DNA of 63,433 nucleotides, filler included, from Octopus bimaculoides (GCF_001194135.2; 4 parts of 4 records of this genome joined end to end with filler, not necessarily neighbours in it); one strand, 5' to 3'. Shown: positions 49,871 through 61,623, counted from the whole stretch's first letter. The notes: generated from the sequence alone by a model not told the origin. Program-made: numbers and translations.

Positions 49871-50280
49871 GGCGGCGAGCTGCCAGGAATGTTAGCATGC
49901 CGGGCGAAATNNNNNNNNNNNNNNNNNNNNNNNNNNNNNNNNNNNNNNNNNNNNNNNNNNNNNNNNNNNNNNNNNNNNNNNNNNNNNNNNNNNNNNNNNN
50001 NNNNNNNNNNNNNNNNNNNNNNNNNNNNNNNNNNNNNNNNNNNNNNNNNNNNNNNNNNNNNNNNNNNNNNNNNNNNNNNNGGGCGAAATGCTCAGCGGTA
50101 TTTCGTCTGCCACTACACTTTGAGTTCAAATTCCGCCGAGGTCGACTTTGCCTTTCATCCTTTCGGGGTCGATTAAATAAGTACCAGTTACGCACTGGGG
50201 TCGATATAATCAACTTAATCTGTTTGTCCTTGTTTGTCCCCTCTGTGTGTAGCCCCTTGTGGGCAGTCAAGAAATAAGAA
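49871..50280 (+). mobile_element. tRNA-derived SINE (family C); other copies at about 150-250(-), 12265-12416(+), 24368-24500(+), 25690-25870(-)
   Basis: Shared core TTCAAATTCCGCCGAGGTCGACTTTGCCTTTCATCCTTTCGGGGTCGAT...AAGTACCAGTT, preceded by a tRNA-like head GGCGGCGAGCTG. Confidence 0.8.
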
Positions 50281-50286
50281 ATAAGA

Positions 50287-50326
<40 letters not shown>

Positions 50327-50679
50327 TGGTAAAAGATATAAATCATCATCATCATTTAACATCCGATTATATGTCTGTTATATATATAAATATATATATA
50401 CACACACACACACACACAAGTAAAAGGTGTAAGCATAAAAAAAAACCCTGAAAAGTCAAAGTTTCAAGTGAAATCACTGCATTCTCTTTGTTCATCTTAT
50501 GTGCCACATTATAACACTAATGATTGCTTCATTATAAAAAATATCATTATAAATTATGACAACCACAACATCACTTTCCCATCATCAATAAATCTGCTTT
50601 TACATAAATTTATGACTCAATAACTAATATTCAATGGTAGCAACAATAAGAGTATAGAATAAACAAAGCAAAAACTTAC

Positions 50680-50800
50680 CAAGGTTGTACAGGGTTGTGC
50701 GGAACACTTGATAGCTACTCATTAATTTATTCAATCTCTTCAGCTTAAGAAGGTAGGCTACATACATTGAAATTATAAAACCAGACACAGCACCATAACC
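50680..50800 (-). CDS. NOL6: NOL6 exon
   Basis: tttgcag|GGT...CTT G|gtaagt, 121 nt. GYGAVSGFIISMYVAYLLKLKRLNKLMSSYQVFRTTLYNL. Confidence 0.95.
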
Positions 50801-51228
50801 CTGCAAAGGAATATAAGAATTATAAATGCAAATAATGGAGTGAGTGTACCTTGTCCTTCACCTCAACATCAGTCATGTAACCCTTCTATTGCTGACAATT
50901 ACTCTAATTCTGAGAACAAACTTATGCTTTTTCAAAGGGAAAGGCCTCTGCCTGAAATGTTAAAACTTTTCTTCATGACAAGATGGTCTATTACACTTTG
51001 TGAAATGCTTATAGGGTTACTCTTTACTCTTTTACTTGTTTCAGTCATTTGACTGTGGCCATGCTGGAGCACCGCCTTTTAGTCGAGCAAATCGACTCCA
51101 GGACTTATTCTTTGTAAGCCTAGTACTTATTCTATCGGTCTCTTTTGCCGAACCGCTAAGTTACGGGGACATACACACACCAGCATCGGTTGTCAAGCGA
51201 TGTTAGGGGGACAAACACAGACACACAA

Positions 51229-51259
<31 letters not shown>

Positions 51260-52631
51260 ACTAGCAAGTTAGTTTTTGTTTGTGGCAGATGTTCAGGTGC
51301 AATAAAGACTGTAAACAAACAGGAAACAACTTCTATCTNNNNNNNNNNNNNNNNNNNNNNNNNNNNNNNNNNNNNNNNNNNNNNNNNNNNNNNNNNNNNN
51401 NNNNNNNNNNNNNNNNNNNNNNNNNNNNNNNNNNNNNNNNNNNNNNNNNNNNNNNNNNNNNNNNNNNNNNNNNNNNNNNNNNNNNNNNNNNNNNNNNNNN
51501 NNNNNNNNNNNNNNNNNNNNNNNNNNNNNNNNNNNNNNNNNNNNNNNNNNNNNNNNNNNNNNNNNNNNNNNNNNNNNNNNNNNNNNNNNNNNNNNNNNNN
51601 NNNNNNNNNNNNNNNNNNNNNNNNNNNNNNNNNNNNNNNNNNNNNNNNNNNNNNNNNNNNNNNNNNNNNNNNNNNNNNNNNNNNNNNNNNNNNNNNNNNN
51701 NNNNNNNNNNNNNNNNNNNNNNNNNNNNNNNNNNNNNNNNNNNNNNNNNNNNNNNNNNNNNNNNNNNNNNNNNNNNNNNNNNNNNNNNNNNNNNNNNNNN
51801 NNNNNNNNNNNNNNNNNNNNNNNNNNNNNNNNNNNNNNNNNNNNNNNNNNNNNNNNNNNNNNNNNNNNNNNNNNNNNNNNNNNNNNNNNNNNNNNNNNNN
51901 NNNNNNNNNNNNNNNNNNNNNNNNNNNNNNNNNNNNNNNNNNNNNNNNNNNNNNNNNNNNNNNNNNNNNNNNNNNNNNNNNNNNNNNNNNNNNNNNNNNN
52001 NNNNNNNNNNNNNNNNNNNNNNNNNNNNNNNNNNNNNNNNNNNNNNNNNNNNNNNNNNNNNNNNNNNNNNNNNNNNNNNNNNNNNNNNNNNNNNNNNNNN
52101 NGGTGACACGTAAAAGCACCCACTACACTCTCTGAGTGGTTGGCGTTAGGAAGGGCATCCAGCTGTAGAAACTCTGCCAAATCAGACTGGAGCCTGGTGT
52201 TGCCATCCGGTTTCACCAGTCTTCAGTCAAATCGTCCAACCCATGCTAGCATGGAAAGCGGACGTTAAACGATGATGATGATGATGATGATGATACGACA
52301 GGCTTCTTTCAGTTTCTGTCTACCAAATCCACTCACAAGGCTTTGGTCGGCCGGCCCGAGGCTATAGTAGAAGACACTTGCCCAAGGTGCCACGCAGTGG
52401 GAATGAACCTGGAACCATGTGATTGGTAAGTAAGTAAGCTACTTACCACACAGCCACACCTGCACCTGTTAGTTAATAATTATTCACAATATAAAGTATT
52501 TCTCGCTCTGAATAGAATATTCAGGTTTTGGCTTTGGGCACTTAGATTTTGTACCAACTAGCAATAGTTTAATAACTATGTTTTATCATAGGAAACAAAA
52601 CAAAGCAATACAAATATATATGTATACTCAC

Positions 52632-52807
52632 TGTATTCAAGTCTCTTTGATGGAGCCAAACTTTTAAAAGAATAATTCCATCTTTTAGCTGACCACTGTC
52701 AACACACAGAGATTCTTTGAGTAAATTTTGATTTTCTGTGATCAACAGATCTTTTAAAATAGACATGTTGTAGTAGGGTGTTGGGAGCAATAGATTTTCA
52801 TCATCAT
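52632..52807 (-). CDS. NOL6: NOL6 exon
   Basis: atttcag|AT...ACA|gtgagt, 176 nt. DDDENLLLPTPYYNMSILKDLLITENQNLLKESLCVDSGQLKDGIILLKVWLHQRDLNT. Confidence 0.95.
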
Positions 52808-52962
52808 CTGAAATATATAATACATAGAAGCATTGAAGATGGACATTAAATGATGATGATGATGATGATATACCAAATCAACAATTAAAGATTATCTTCA
52901 ATACAAGATTTAAAATTTAATGTAAATAAAGAGAGATAGAAATAAAGGAAAAGAGTTCTTAC

Positions 52963-53091
52963 CCTTGACCTCGACATCAGTTCCTGAATAAAACCAAGCC
53001 TGTCGCACATTGCACTTGTTGTGAGAAAATCGTGAATGTTTAAAATAAGTGGTCACTGGATGAATGTGAACCTCACAACTATCTTTGGCAT
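52963..53091 (-). CDS. NOL6: NOL6 exon
   Basis: gtttcag|AT...AAG G|gtaaga, 129 nt. DAKDSCEVHIHPVTTYFKHSRFSHNKCNVRQAWFYSGTDVEVK. Confidence 0.9.
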
Positions 53092-53988
53092 CTGAAACAG
53101 AAGTTAGAAGAATTAAGGTCTATTTTTTTTTTCTGTAGTTCCAGCTCAGAGCTGCAGCCATGCTGATGCACCGCCAAATTATTTATGAAAGAGCAATATA
53201 GAGGATAAGGACAGAACAACTCCATTAAAGAGTTCGCATAACCTTATAGGCAATGATCAATATAAGAGAATAGCAAGAATAAATTAGCATAGTTTTGAGA
53301 AAAAAAACATGAAACTAACACCAGGATCAGTAGACATTAATTTATAACATCAAGATTAATTACTCTTTCCTTAAAGAAAGAAAGAAATACAATAGGCAAC
53401 TACTTCATAATACATTATTGATTTACCTAAATCAATAAATATTATTTTAAATTACATAAAAATTATTAAGCTGATGTGAAATATAATTATCTTGATATAA
53501 ACTATAATTGACATAAAATTACAATACATTTATTAAACATAACACAAAAACACTGAATATTGGAAATTAGAGGTGTAAGAAATTCTCAGGATTAAAACAA
53601 AATTAGTTCTGATACAAACATGGTTCGATAAGCTAACAAACTTGTTCCAATTACAAACAATCATTATAACTAATTAGGGTTTAAAATATCTGTAGCTCAA
53701 AATCTGCAGAAAAAGAAACATGGTCAAGGACAAATAAATATATTTATTTAGCAAAGTCTCCAAAAAAACATTCATATTTGCCAATAATAGAACAAAATAC
53801 ATCTCACACACAATGATCTAAAATTTCCAAATGTCTTAACAAGAAATATATTTTTTATCCATTACTTATCAAGAACTTGCATGTTGATCTGGTCACATTA
53901 AATTGTAATTCACAAAAAGAGATTAAAATAAAATAGAATAGACAAATGAATTTTTGAAAGAAACATTATCAAACACAGATCATCTTAC

Positions 53989-54157
53989 CTCGAAGAACAG
54001 CTATAAGTATTGGTTTATAAGGATCACCATGATGGTAAGTGAAGCTCAACTCTTCAACAAATGCTTCATTTTTCAGGTGTGCAGCCAAAGCCACCAAATA
54101 CAGAGCTCTCTTACGGATATACCGCTGGTTCAGGAAGTCTCTAGTATCAAAGAATTT
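53989..54157 (-). CDS. NOL6: NOL6 exon
   Basis: ttttaag|AAA...CGA G|gtaaga, 169 nt. KFFDTRDFLNQRYIRKRALYLVALAAHLKNEAFVEELSFTYHHGDPYKPILIAVLR; LNQRYxRKRALYL is diagnostic of Nrap. Confidence 0.95.
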
Positions 54158-55049
54158 CTTAAAAACAAAACAAAATGGTCTTTTGTAATATATTGAACTA
54201 ATTATCTTATACATTGAAGTAGATTAGTTCATAGACTTACTTTCTGCAAGATGGCCTTCAATAATAGAAGATCAGTTCTTAAAAAAACAATCCGACTGGG
54301 AATTAAATCCAGTCAGACTCAGATTAGCAACTACTCAGGATCTACAAATCTATTTTGATTGAAATTTATAGCAAATAATTTATCTTCTTTAATCCTTGTA
54401 TCTTGTATGTGATAAAAACGAATTCTAAATCAGAGTTAAATAAAAAAGAGAAAACACAGAAATGGCTTCTTGTTGACACAAAAAAGAAATTAGTTGATTA
54501 TTTTTCCTATTATTCTTTAATAGCTTAAACGAGTGACTCCCAGTCTGGAATTCACAGATTCCTGGGAGTCTGTAAAGGTAATACTGGGAATCTATAAGAT
54601 GAGTCCAAAATGTATATATCCGAAACTTTACACACGTCAAGTATGAGATCAACTTTGGCAAGGTCACATCACACAACAAAAGTGTTCTGAATATGAAGTG
54701 ACTGCTTGTGTGTGAGTTTGATTCTGAACTTTAATAATCATATTAGCACAAGAATTAATGGTATAGCAACCATTGAAACTGTTGCTATGAATACTGTATA
54801 TTGTGAATATGGTATAGGACAGTTCATCATGAGCATGCACAATGAGAAACTATGATTACCAGTGACATTAATGCAAAGGGCCACAAGAGAATAAGATATA
54901 ATAAGATATGACCAACATTAATTTAAAGATCATATTTAATTACAACAATATTCAGTGGGTTGACACCTTATGGGTTCATGTTGATTTCTAAGATGAAATA
55001 TTGATATATCTTAAACTGAATCCACAAAATATTTCATATTAATACCTAC

Positions 55050-55232
55050 CTTTGGAATCTTCACAGCAATGTCAACATGGAGCCCTAGTTTAAGACAGGT
55101 GTCTAATGGGAAACTACCAATAATATTGACTGATGATGGTGGGTGAAAGCAGAATGTCCCTTCAACTGTAGAGGGTTTCTGTACCAAAGGAACTGAAAGA
55201 CCATGTTTCTGAACCCATTCTTGATCATTTAA
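55050..55232 (-). CDS. NOL6: NOL6 exon
   Basis: ttccag|TTA...AAG|gtaggt, 183 nt. LNDQEWVQKHGLSVPLVQKPSTVEGTFCFHPPSSVNIIGSFPLDTCLKLGLHVDIAVKIPK. Confidence 0.92.
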
Positions 55233-55856
55233 CTGGAAAAAAAGAAAATATTTTTCTCATTTTGGAAAATAATTTGTATAGAGTGTACAAAAGCACAATG
55301 GCTGTGAGGATAAAGTGCTGAACAACTAACCACATGGCCTTAAGTTCAGGACTTACTACACTTATTGTATTCTATCCCTTTTTCTAGTTTTCCCAAACTG
55401 AACAAAACAAGCCCCACTCTTACTAGTGTGATCATTCACACAGGCATACACACACACACACATGCATACAGTAGGCTTTGTACCAGCACTACCTACCAAA
55501 GTTACTCATAAGGGATTGGTCAACCCAGGAACTGAACCTGAAACCACATAGTTGACATCTTACTAAACAGGCATACCTGCATCTTGTAAATATAAAAGGA
55601 ATATCCTTCCTTATATCATTTGTGACAATAAATAGTGTCAACAACAACTCTAACCCTGAAACCAAATGTTATTTATGCATTACTATAGAACAGAATAAAT
55701 ATATACAATGACCTTTAGTTTCCCTCTTACAGTTTATTTTATGAAGCGTTTCTTAAAACCAGCATCATGATTACAATATCTTTGATATCAGAAATGTGAC
55801 TAACTTTAAAATCTTGCAAATCAAACAATAAACACTTGGATAAAAGAATAACTTAC

Positions 55857-55973
55857 CTGGTAGCTTTCACCTTTAGGTAAGTTCTGTAAGACATCGACAA
55901 GTTTCTGTACACTTTTCTCTATTTTCATTCTCTTCGCAAAACTCACTTTTACCTCTGACAAAAGCTCTTTAAT
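55857..55973 (-). CDS. NOL6: NOL6 exon
   Basis: ttaaag|ATT...CAG|gtaagt, 117 nt. IKELLSEVKVSFAKRMKIEKSVQKLVDVLQNLPKGESYQ. Confidence 0.9.
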
Positions 55974-57036
55974 CTTTAAAAAGAAACCAACATCACTTAG
56001 TATCAATGACTGTTCTCAATTTAAAATATTCATTTCCATTTTTCAAACAAAAGCTGATTAACAAATATGCTTTCTTTTCATTGGAATGAATCTTTTACAC
56101 ATACACATGGACCTTTAGTCTTAAAGTCAGGATCTAGTTTAGAAAATGATAGCTTGAAGTGGCTTTTGATAAATGAAACTGTATTATTTTGATTGTATTG
56201 AAAATGTCAAAAAATAATTATTCTCCATCTAAATTATATGAATGACCCTGCCCTGGATCTGCATATTTTTCACCTGTTTTCATCATAATTATCATTTACT
56301 CCTCCAGGACTCCCATCTCATCATCATTTGTTTACCTACATTTCTTATTGCCTCATCAAACACTATCTACTTCACTCTGACCCCCACTCCCAACAGCTTT
56401 CTCTAGATCCATAAACAAGAGACTTTACTGAACCAGCTCATCATCACCTACCAAATGCACATTGCTTTATTGTACTCATCCATCTATATTAGTGATGTGA
56501 TCAAGAAGGTGAATAGAAGAGTATAAGAACCAGAGTGAGTGGGTGAAGGGACTAAGAGTATGATGATAGAAACATTTATTAGGGTGAGAGTTATAAAAGA
56601 GAGAACAATAGACAAGAAACTTAGAATACAAACTCACAGAATATTTCACATTTGAAACAGCGCTACTGACATAGTATGCAATATAGTAAACTAAATTTAA
56701 CTGATTGGCACCAACATACTTCAACCACTAATTCTTGAGACATTGTTTTCCTCTCTTTTTTTCTCTCTGCCACTGCTTCTGAACCTGCTACATACCTTTT
56801 TCACTCAGACTTACCTCTTATTGTCATGTGTGACACTTCCTGGTCTGCTCAAATCTGCTAACCCAAGACCTTACACCTCAGAAATGCAACTCTGTAGAAT
56901 TACCCCAACTTTTCACTTTGTTCTCCAAACATCTCCCACCAATCTGGGAGTACCAGCAATGATCATGGAGACTGGTCTCCACTCTACAGACTAACTTATA
57001 GAAGATTTGTTTCATCTAAAATAAAACATAACTTGC

Positions 57037-57168
57037 CTGCATTCGGAAAAGAGAAGAATGTTGAAGATTTTCAATTTCTTTATATTCTTTCATTTCTTCA
57101 GCTGTTGGAGGTATTACATTTTTGTCACCACAAATCTTTTTCGTACTCCCTACTTGTTCCAAGTTTTG
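57037..57168 (-). CDS. NOL6: NOL6 (nucleolar protein 6, Nrap/Utp22) exon with GC donor
   Basis: ttacag|CAA...ATG CAG|gcaagt, 132 nt. Translates QNLEQVGSTKKICGDKNVIPPTAEEMKEYKEIENLQHSSLFRMQ, resembling the NOL6 PPTxEE...ENLxHSSLxRxQ segment. Confidence 0.85.
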
Positions 57169-57793
57169 CTGTAATTGAAAAAAAAAAGAAGAATAATTTC
57201 AAAAGGAAAAAAAGGTTATCATGATCATCTCATTTCTATTTTTTTCAGAAAAATTTTAGTCATTAAGATGCTAAAATGGGATTTTAGTCCTTGCTGGTTA
57301 TGTAATTATGTGGAGATGGGGGATTATGGGATACCAATGCCCTTTATAGGGCAATGGAAATTAAAGAGTATTGCTGATTCGATTCCATTTCACAACAATG
57401 TGTAAAAATTTTCAGAGAATCACATAAAGAACTGTCACATATGGCAGGCAGACGATCTTGATGCGATGAATGAGGTGACAACACTTGCTGTGATAAGGTA
57501 TTAGGTGAGATGATAGAGAAGTTAGAACACACCACCAGTATCATTACCTTCAACATCGACACAGGTACCACCAGCTTACTACGACCGCCACCAATAGTTT
57601 CTATGCAGTCGCTCACCTTGCTAGGAATAGCAGGCTAATTTGTCTAAAATCACACAATAAGATCTTAAATAAGGGCGTGTTGAATATAGTTACAAAAAAA
57701 TGTAAAATATAAATAGATTTATGTTATCCGAATCGAATTATATTCTCTGTCGGTTGAGATGAAAATACTTCAGGTGCTCTATTTCCTGCTTAC

Positions 57794-57796
57794 CAT
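57794..57796 (-). CDS. NOL6: Putative NOL6 start-codon-only first coding exon end (ATG|gtaagc)
   Basis: ggaaATG|gtaagc is a strong phase-0 donor that would give MQNLEQ... with the next exon. Other candidate donors exist nearby (57617, 58478), so this is tentative. Confidence 0.35.
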
Positions 57797-58809
57797 TTCC
57801 AACGTTTTAAGAATCTATGCAGGAAATATGATCGCGAAGCCTTCTGCATTAGATATAGTTTGTAGTTAATCAAGGAAGGCCACTTCGGGTAAGCACTTCA
57901 ACAGGGTGACGAAATTATTTGAACAGAATAAATGAAGTCTTCATCGTCATGAGTTTCTGGAGAAGTACAAAGTTTGCGTTACTAAAGTTGAAAGTTATGT
58001 TTTAGTAAAAACTTTTCGGAAACATTGTTTTGCAGGAAATATTTTGTTATGCAACCTGAATACTTGAAAAATACTTTCTTAACTAAAATAATCAACTGTT
58101 GAAAAATAAGCAGGGAATATTAACAGTTTTCTTTTAAAAATATTAATCGGCTGCCTTGATATTCTGTAACCAAAACAAAAAAGATTAACATGAAGACGAC
58201 TGTATTGCAAAATTTTCAAATGATGTGAATTAACCACGTGGAATGTGGAAGGGCGAAAACATCAAAACAGAGAGATAACAACTTTAAATATTTTCATAGC
58301 ATATGGCAGAATTAAATTTATAAATATGAGAAATACAAAAGATACGTACTTTGGAACTTTCGGTTACTACAGTCGCAGAATATTTTCGTTTTGTCATAAC
58401 AAATAATCGCCAGAAAATACAAAACGTGAAAGTTTGTATGAAATAATGTACAGCGGTGTTACCGGAAAATAGTTACCTTCTTAATTAAGTACAGGATTTC
58501 AAAATAAATGTTTAACCATTTCAAGGCTAAATAAATTTAATATACGAAATTTAATAAAATCTTGTTAGGTACTATTCATGGGAAAACTAAAATTACAGTG
58601 ACAACTTTAGTATCTTTTTTCTTTTTTTCGCAGTTTTTTCATATTTCAAATATATATTTTAAAAATATTAATTTTCCAGCTTATATATTTGTCAATGGGA
58701 ACATTCTCCAGACAAATTTAACATATAGTCCTCTGAACTATATGTTAAATCAAATTTTATATATTTAATATGTTAAATCAATTATTTACATTTGACGAAT
58801 ATTTGTTCT

Positions 58810-59345
58810 CACCCTCCAGCCTTCATCAGGTGTCGTGGGGAAATTTCGAACCTAGATTCTCATTCTTATGGTATTTTTTCGATGTTATTATTATGCTATT
58901 CATATCTGCATAGGAGGTTGTTGTGTCTTAGCATACGTGCTGCTTCTCTTAGTTTTCGTATTTTCCAGTGGTGTTCTCTGTCTATCATTTTAACTTCATC
59001 TCACAGGGGAAGATGGTCTCCATTTTTCCGATTTATCAATATCGCCTCGTGTCATAGCTTTGCGATGTTCATCTACCCTTATTTTGAGGGGACAACATGT
59101 TTCTCCTTTGTATAGCCTTACCACAGTTGCATGGGATAGTGTACACGCAGTTTTTGGTCATATTCTCTTCTATTGGTGGTTTTACCCGAAGGAGATATTT
59201 ACAAAGTGTTGCATTACTCTTGAATACTGCCCTGATGTCATATAGGCCGCATAGTTTTTGTATCTTTTCGGAGGCCTTTCACATAGAGTAAACAGACTGT
59301 AGACAGTTTATTGGTTTCATCCTCTATTTTCTTCATAATTGGAGT
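58810..59345 (-). mobile_element. Penelope-like element GIY-YIG endonuclease and 3' end
   Basis: LLYVKG...EKIQKLCGLYDIRAVFKSNATLCKYLLRVKPPIEENMTKNCVYTIPCNCGK...GETCCPLKIRVDEHRK...IDREHHWKIRKLREA, ending in ACCTGATGAAGGCTGG. Confidence 0.85.
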
Positions 59346-59379
59346 AGATAGTATGTTTTGGGGTCGCGTAGCCCATCTC

Positions 59380-59720
59380 ACTCAAAAGGTCTGTGAACAA
59401 GGTTTGTTTAAGGATGTTGAGCAAAACACACATGTTTCCAAAGGTGAATTATTCAAACCCCAAAGAATTCCTCTCAACACATGGCTATGATGCTCCCCAC
59501 TACTTCTGCTCGTGATCAGAGATGCACATATCGTCAGCTGCTAAGGGATATGCTCAACTGGTTAAGGTCAAACAACTGACAAGCAAATTGTGGTATTCAG
59601 CAGAATATTTGCTGTAGTCCAACTTTTTATACCAAGACCAAAAAATGTTCATGATAACACTTCTAATCAATTAAGATCAGAAGCCATGAGAGCCACTGCC
59701 TAGTACTGCATCCGGGCATT
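59380..59720. repeat. Probable interspersed repeat, unclassified
   Basis: Non-coding, compositionally distinct block between the Penelope fragment and an (ATT)n run. It resembles an abundant octopus repeat from memory, but there is no second copy in this window. Confidence 0.35.
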
Positions 59721-59790
59721 TATTATTATTATTGTTGTTATTATTATTATTATATAACTATCCAGCATTTGGTAGATTGAGGTCCATTTC

Positions 59791-60050
59791 GGATCTTGTT
59801 CAAAACGGGGGCACCAGTTTTCATTTATGTTTTATGTAGTGATTTTGGTACCGAAAGACTTTCAAACTTCGTATACTTATCTATTTTGTGTTATAGAACA
59901 GAAAAAAATTTTTGTATTCGAATTTATTTCATGTAAAAAATTGTCTTATTTCGATAATAGATAAGTATACGAAGTTTGAAAGTCTTTCGGTACCAAAAAC
60001 ACTACGTAAAACATTAATGAAAACTGTGGCCCCCGTTTTAAAATAGATCC
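59791..60050. mobile_element. 260-bp MITE-like foldback element; a second copy's right end is at 6525-6569
   Basis: 95-bp arms (59791-59885 / 59956-60050) with a perfect 43-bp inverted core. The same terminus (GTAAAACATTAATGAAAAxTGTGGCCCCCGTTTTAAAAxAGATCC) recurs beside the gap at 6525. Confidence 0.85.
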
Positions 60051-60597
60051 AAAAGTACCCCAACCAAGAACAAGAACTGTCTTTCAACGAATCTCCAAAC
60101 AATTTTCTTCCACCAAATCTCACTCAAAATTTTGGCCGAGTTGCGTAAGATGACGAACAAGTCCAATCGACCTCCCCTGCCTCTCAATACGAAATCGCGA
60201 AGTAATCTTCAGTTATTCTCTGACACTTGTCAGCGAAGTAAAAAATAAATAAATAAATAGAATCCAAAAAATAGCAACTGGAGATCTGCGTCAGTAAAAG
60301 ACAGTTTCGTATGCCACGAGAAGAGACGAAGTCTAAAGTTTCTGGCTGAGAACTTTTCTTCTCCATGTCACGATCTTCTCTCCACGAAGTGACGCGAACC
60401 AACACGAGTCTCTGTAAAGTCGCTCGGCTTATACCAGTCATTCAACAAGGGGGAAGAAAACCTTGCACAGCATTGTAGATCTTGATGTAGAAAAGAGGTG
60501 ATGGTCACAGATGGAATGCTTTTGATCATAAGTTCATTTCGTCAGGAATAGATAAGAGCAACCTATTTCACAACCTCTGCATATGTCAATTATCATC

Positions 60598-60623
60598 TGA
60601 TTGGTTCGTTGACAGTGACGTCA
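60598..60623. promoter_or_regulatory. Possible promoter elements: CCAAT box and CRE palindrome in a CpG-retaining region
   Basis: CTGATTGGTT at 60598-60607 and perfect TGACGTCA at 60616-60623; CpG-rich unique sequence at about 60100-60680. Confidence 0.3.
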
Positions 60624-60918
60624 ACATAGTACGAATTTCAAATTTCGTACAAACCTTGTCGCTGTTTTCGGAGAACAATAACATACAGCCACTTAAGGTA
60701 ATTACTTTAAGCGTTAATTAAACGTCTATCCTTATTTTACTAAATTATCTTTAATAGTTTTTTTTTAAACTTAACCAGAATGTTATGATATCGTGTTATT
60801 TTCTTTATATACTACTTTGGTTATTTTCATAGCTTGGTCTACGTGGTAACTATTGTCAAATAAATGTAAAGTATTGTTTACAAAACGAATAAATATTTCC
60901 AATAACTTATTTTTTCAA

Positions 60919-61018
60919 NNNNNNNNNNNNNNNNNNNNNNNNNNNNNNNNNNNNNNNNNNNNTTAATTAATTAANNNNNNNNNNNNNNNNNNNNNNNNNN
61001 NNNNNNNNNNNNNNNNNN
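60919..61018. other. Artificial scaffold-join spacer
   Basis: 44 N + TTAATTAATTAA (60963-60974) + 44 N. Confidence 0.93.
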
Positions 61019-61339
61019 TATTTTCTGTTGATCGAGAAGCAAACACTGTAGAGGATTTAAATACGGTACCACACACACACACGCTTGTTTATATACTGGC
61101 ATACACTCATCCATATATAGTCATACACATGAATGCACTAAATGTTTCCTCTCCAGCATCACACTCTCATATATTCTAAATCTCAGAAATAAGACCACAA
61201 TCTCATTCACGTATCCAGAAACAATAAAACACATCTTTAGAAAGACGGTTGTAGGAGTTAAAAAATAGAGATGGGAGATATTCCAGATTTAGAAATATAT
61301 AGTTTATGAAATACTATAAAGAAGACTAATTTAACTTTC

Positions 61340-61411
61340 AGTTTTGTTAATCTGGGCAAATGTCGGAAGACTTCTGCCTTTACAACCTTGATATTATTAC
61401 CTTGCAAATAC
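61340..61411 (-). pseudogene. Duplicated LRR exon with non-canonical GA donor (possible pseudo-exon)
   Basis: gttccag|G TAT...AAA CT|gaaagt, 72 nt. YLQGNNIKVVKAEVFRHLPRLTKL. Paralogous to 61874-61945 including intron flanks, but the donor reads GAAAGT instead of GTAAGT. Confidence 0.7.
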
Positions 61412-61529
61412 CTGGAACATAAAATTGAGTTACGGAGAAATTTAATGCAACAAATATGTGACACAGTAAAGAATAATATGACCAAAAAAATGGTTTATGG
61501 ACGGAGAAGAAAAAGAAGAAGAATTATGG

Positions 61530-61623
61530 ACGAAGAAGAAGAAGAAGAAGAAGAAGAAGAAGAAGAAGAAGAAGAAGAAGAAGAAGAAGAAGAAGAAGAA
61601 GAAGAAGAAGAAGAAGAAGAAGA
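61530..61623. repeat. (GAA)n run of about 31 units between the two LRR exons
   Basis: Directly visible. Confidence 0.95.

Noticed and set aside
708-52216. Long ORFs in the supplied track composed mostly of X
   Set aside because: They stay open only because N codons cannot be stops; they carry no coding evidence.
37668-57036. Intronic snoRNAs in NOL6
   Set aside because: No convincing C/D box pair with terminal stem or H/ACA fold was seen by eye; an Infernal or snoscan search would be needed to exclude them.
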